This document shows positions 31,601 to 32,972 of a stretch of 32,972 bases of DNA, in pieces. The DNA lies in contig JBDRQW010000012.1 of NCBI GenBank assembly GCA_043826085.1, positions 1 through 32,972 on the forward strand, in the 5' to 3' direction. The notes beneath the pieces were generated by a model. The model saw nothing but the letters and a program-made list of their open reading frames with translations, had not been told where the DNA came from and searched no databases. The stretch comes from Candidatus Beckwithbacteria bacterium (lineage in GTDB: Bacteria; Patescibacteriota; Microgenomatia; UBA1400; CG1-02-47-37). How positions within the stretch are numbered: position 1 is the first letter of the stretch; each line of letters begins with the position of its first letter. Made by a program: the position numbers and the translations under genes.

Positions 31601-32212
31601 ATGAACACCTACGCCACCAAACAATCAGATATAAAAAGAGCTTGGCATCTTATTGATGTTAAAGACAAAGTATTGGGTAGAATATCTACAGTTATTGCCC
31701 AAAAGTTAATTGGCAAAACAAAACCTTATTTTACGTCTCACCTTGACTGTGGCGACTACGTGGTAGTTATCAACAGTAATTTAGTCAAAGTCACCGGTAG
31801 AAAAAAAACCGATAAAATCTACTCCCACCATACCAATTACCCCAGTGGTTTAAGACAAATTCCTTTTGATCGTCAATTGAAAAAAGACTCCAGAAGAATC
31901 ATCGTCAGAGCCGTCTCCAACATGTTACCAAAAAATAAGTTAAGAGCTCCAAGGCTAAAAAGATTAAAAGTATTCAAAGCAGACGATCATATTTATCAAG
32001 ATAAACTTTCAAAGGCAGTCACTCCCGGAGTGAAAGAAGTTCACACTCCGGGAGTGATTAGTTCCAAGCCTTCTCTTAAAAAAGTGAAAAAAGGTGACAC
32101 CTTAACAGGAGACGCGAGAGAATCTCGAGTCGGGACGGCGAAGCCGGAAGGTGTCACCTTGAAGAAACCCAAAAAAGTATTAAAACAAACTAAAACCAAG
32201 AAAGAAAATTAA
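31601..32212 (+). CDS. rplM: 50S ribosomal protein L13 with a repeat-derived tail of about 65 aa
   Basis: WHLID, DCGDYVVVIN and MLPKNKL. Confidence 0.98.
   Translation: MNTYATKQSDIKRAWHLIDVKDKVLGRISTVIAQKLIGKTKPYFTSHLDCGDYVVVINSNLVKVTGRKKTDKIYSHHTNYPSGLRQIPFDRQLKKDSRRIIVRAVSNMLPKNKLRAPRLKRLKVFKADDHIYQDKLSKAVTPGVKEVHTPGVISSKPSLKKVKKGDTLTGDARESRVGTAKPEGVTLKKPKKVLKQTKTKKEN
32020..32056. repeat. Family B doublet in-frame in rplM (TPGVKEVHTPGV)
   Basis: Identical to 16137-16173. Confidence 0.96.
32091..32160. repeat. Family D doublet in-frame in rplM
   Basis: 69/70 identical to 19819-19888. Confidence 0.96.
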
Positions 32213-32213
32213 T

Positions 32214-32612
32214 ATGCCACCAAAATATATTTACGCTACCGGTCGAAGAAAAAGAGCCATTGCTCGGGTCAGATTATTTACCGGCAAAGGCGAACACCAG
32301 GTCAACGATATGCCGGTTGCAAAATATTTTCCGGGCGCTGTTAATCTCGGTCTATTTTTAGAACCATTTAAAATTTGTGATGTTCAAGAAAAATATCACG
32401 TTACTATCAAAGTACTCGGTTCCGGTAAATCAAGCCAGCTAGACGCCGCTATTCATGGAATAGCTAGAACTCTAATTAAAGTTAATCAAGAAAAATTTAA
32501 ATCTTTACTTAGAAAAAAAGGTTTAGTCACTCGCGACCCCAGAAAACGAGAACGACGCAAAGCCGGTATGGGTGGCTCCGCCCGTCGCCAACGCCAATCC
32601 CCCAAACGCTAA
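32214..32612 (+). CDS. rpsI: 30S ribosomal protein S9
   Basis: ATGRRKRAIARV and TRDPRKRERRK. Confidence 0.99.
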   Translation: MPPKYIYATGRRKRAIARVRLFTGKGEHQVNDMPVAKYFPGAVNLGLFLEPFKICDVQEKYHVTIKVLGSGKSSQLDAAIHGIARTLIKVNQEKFKSLLRKKGLVTRDPRKRERRKAGMGGSARRQRQSPKR

Positions 32613-32636
32613 CCTTCAGGGTTTATCCTTGCAGGC
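32612..32636. repeat. Degenerate family A-like palindrome abutting the rpsI stop
   Basis: ACCTTCAGGGTTTATCCTTGCAGGC; the first 10 nt are identical to family A. Confidence 0.6.
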
Positions 32637-32676
32637 AACATTTACTTTCTAAAATCGTTATGTTATTATAATAACG

Positions 32677-32972
32677 ATGCAAAAAACTATTAAAAACATT
32701 TTTCGTAGAAAAAAGTTATTACCATTCTTTACCTTATTTTTTCTAGTTTTACTTCTTCCCCTCACTGTTTACTTAGCTATTCATCAAGTTAGAACCCGAT
32801 CACAAGCATCTAATAATGAATCATTTGTCAAATGTAATAATATAAAAATTTTCCCAAATAAAAACATTTATACTCCCGGAGAAACAGTACAAATTGTTGT
32901 AACAGCAATAAATGATGTAAACAATATTGTAGTTAATTGGATTCCCAGCTCAAGAAATCTTATTCAAAAACC
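32677..32972 (+). CDS. Exported/membrane-anchored hypothetical protein, 5' part (runs off the window)
   Basis: MQKTIKNIFRRKKLLPFFTLFFLVLLLPLTVYLAIHQVRTRSQA...; the frame is open to the window end. Putative promoter TTTACT-17-TATTAT at 32641-32669. Confidence 0.75.
   Translation, partial: MQKTIKNIFRRKKLLPFFTLFFLVLLLPLTVYLAIHQVRTRSQASNNESFVKCNNIKIFPNKNIYTPGETVQIVVTAINDVNNIVVNWIPSSRNLIQK

Overview
This is an AT-rich bacterial core-genome window, almost certainly Patescibacteria/CPR of the Microgenomates type. The evidence is: no uL30 between rpsE and rplO, a sortase-ruvX-mltG block, Microgenomates-style exported proteins, and TGA used as stop. It carries rpoB-rpoC, the str cluster and the S10-spc-alpha ribosomal superoperon through rplM-rpsI. 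The str operon is split between rpsG and fusA by a REP-associated tyrosine (HUH/Y1) transposase and a membrane-anchored hypothetical protein. The main unexplained signal is a dense set of at least seven short palindromic repeat families (about 20 sites). One family brackets and sits in-frame inside the transposase gene. The others have entered essential translation genes and are translated: identical peptides occur in L3/L15 and in L22/L13, there is an internal 10-aa insertion in L3, and palindromes encode the conserved C-termini or stop codons of L29, MetAP and a kinase. Other observations are terminator-like leaders just before rpoB, fusA and rpmJ, probable leaderless promoters, a non-canonical RNAP trigger loop and a divergent rifampicin pocket. 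All calls are from reading the sequence and no searches were run.
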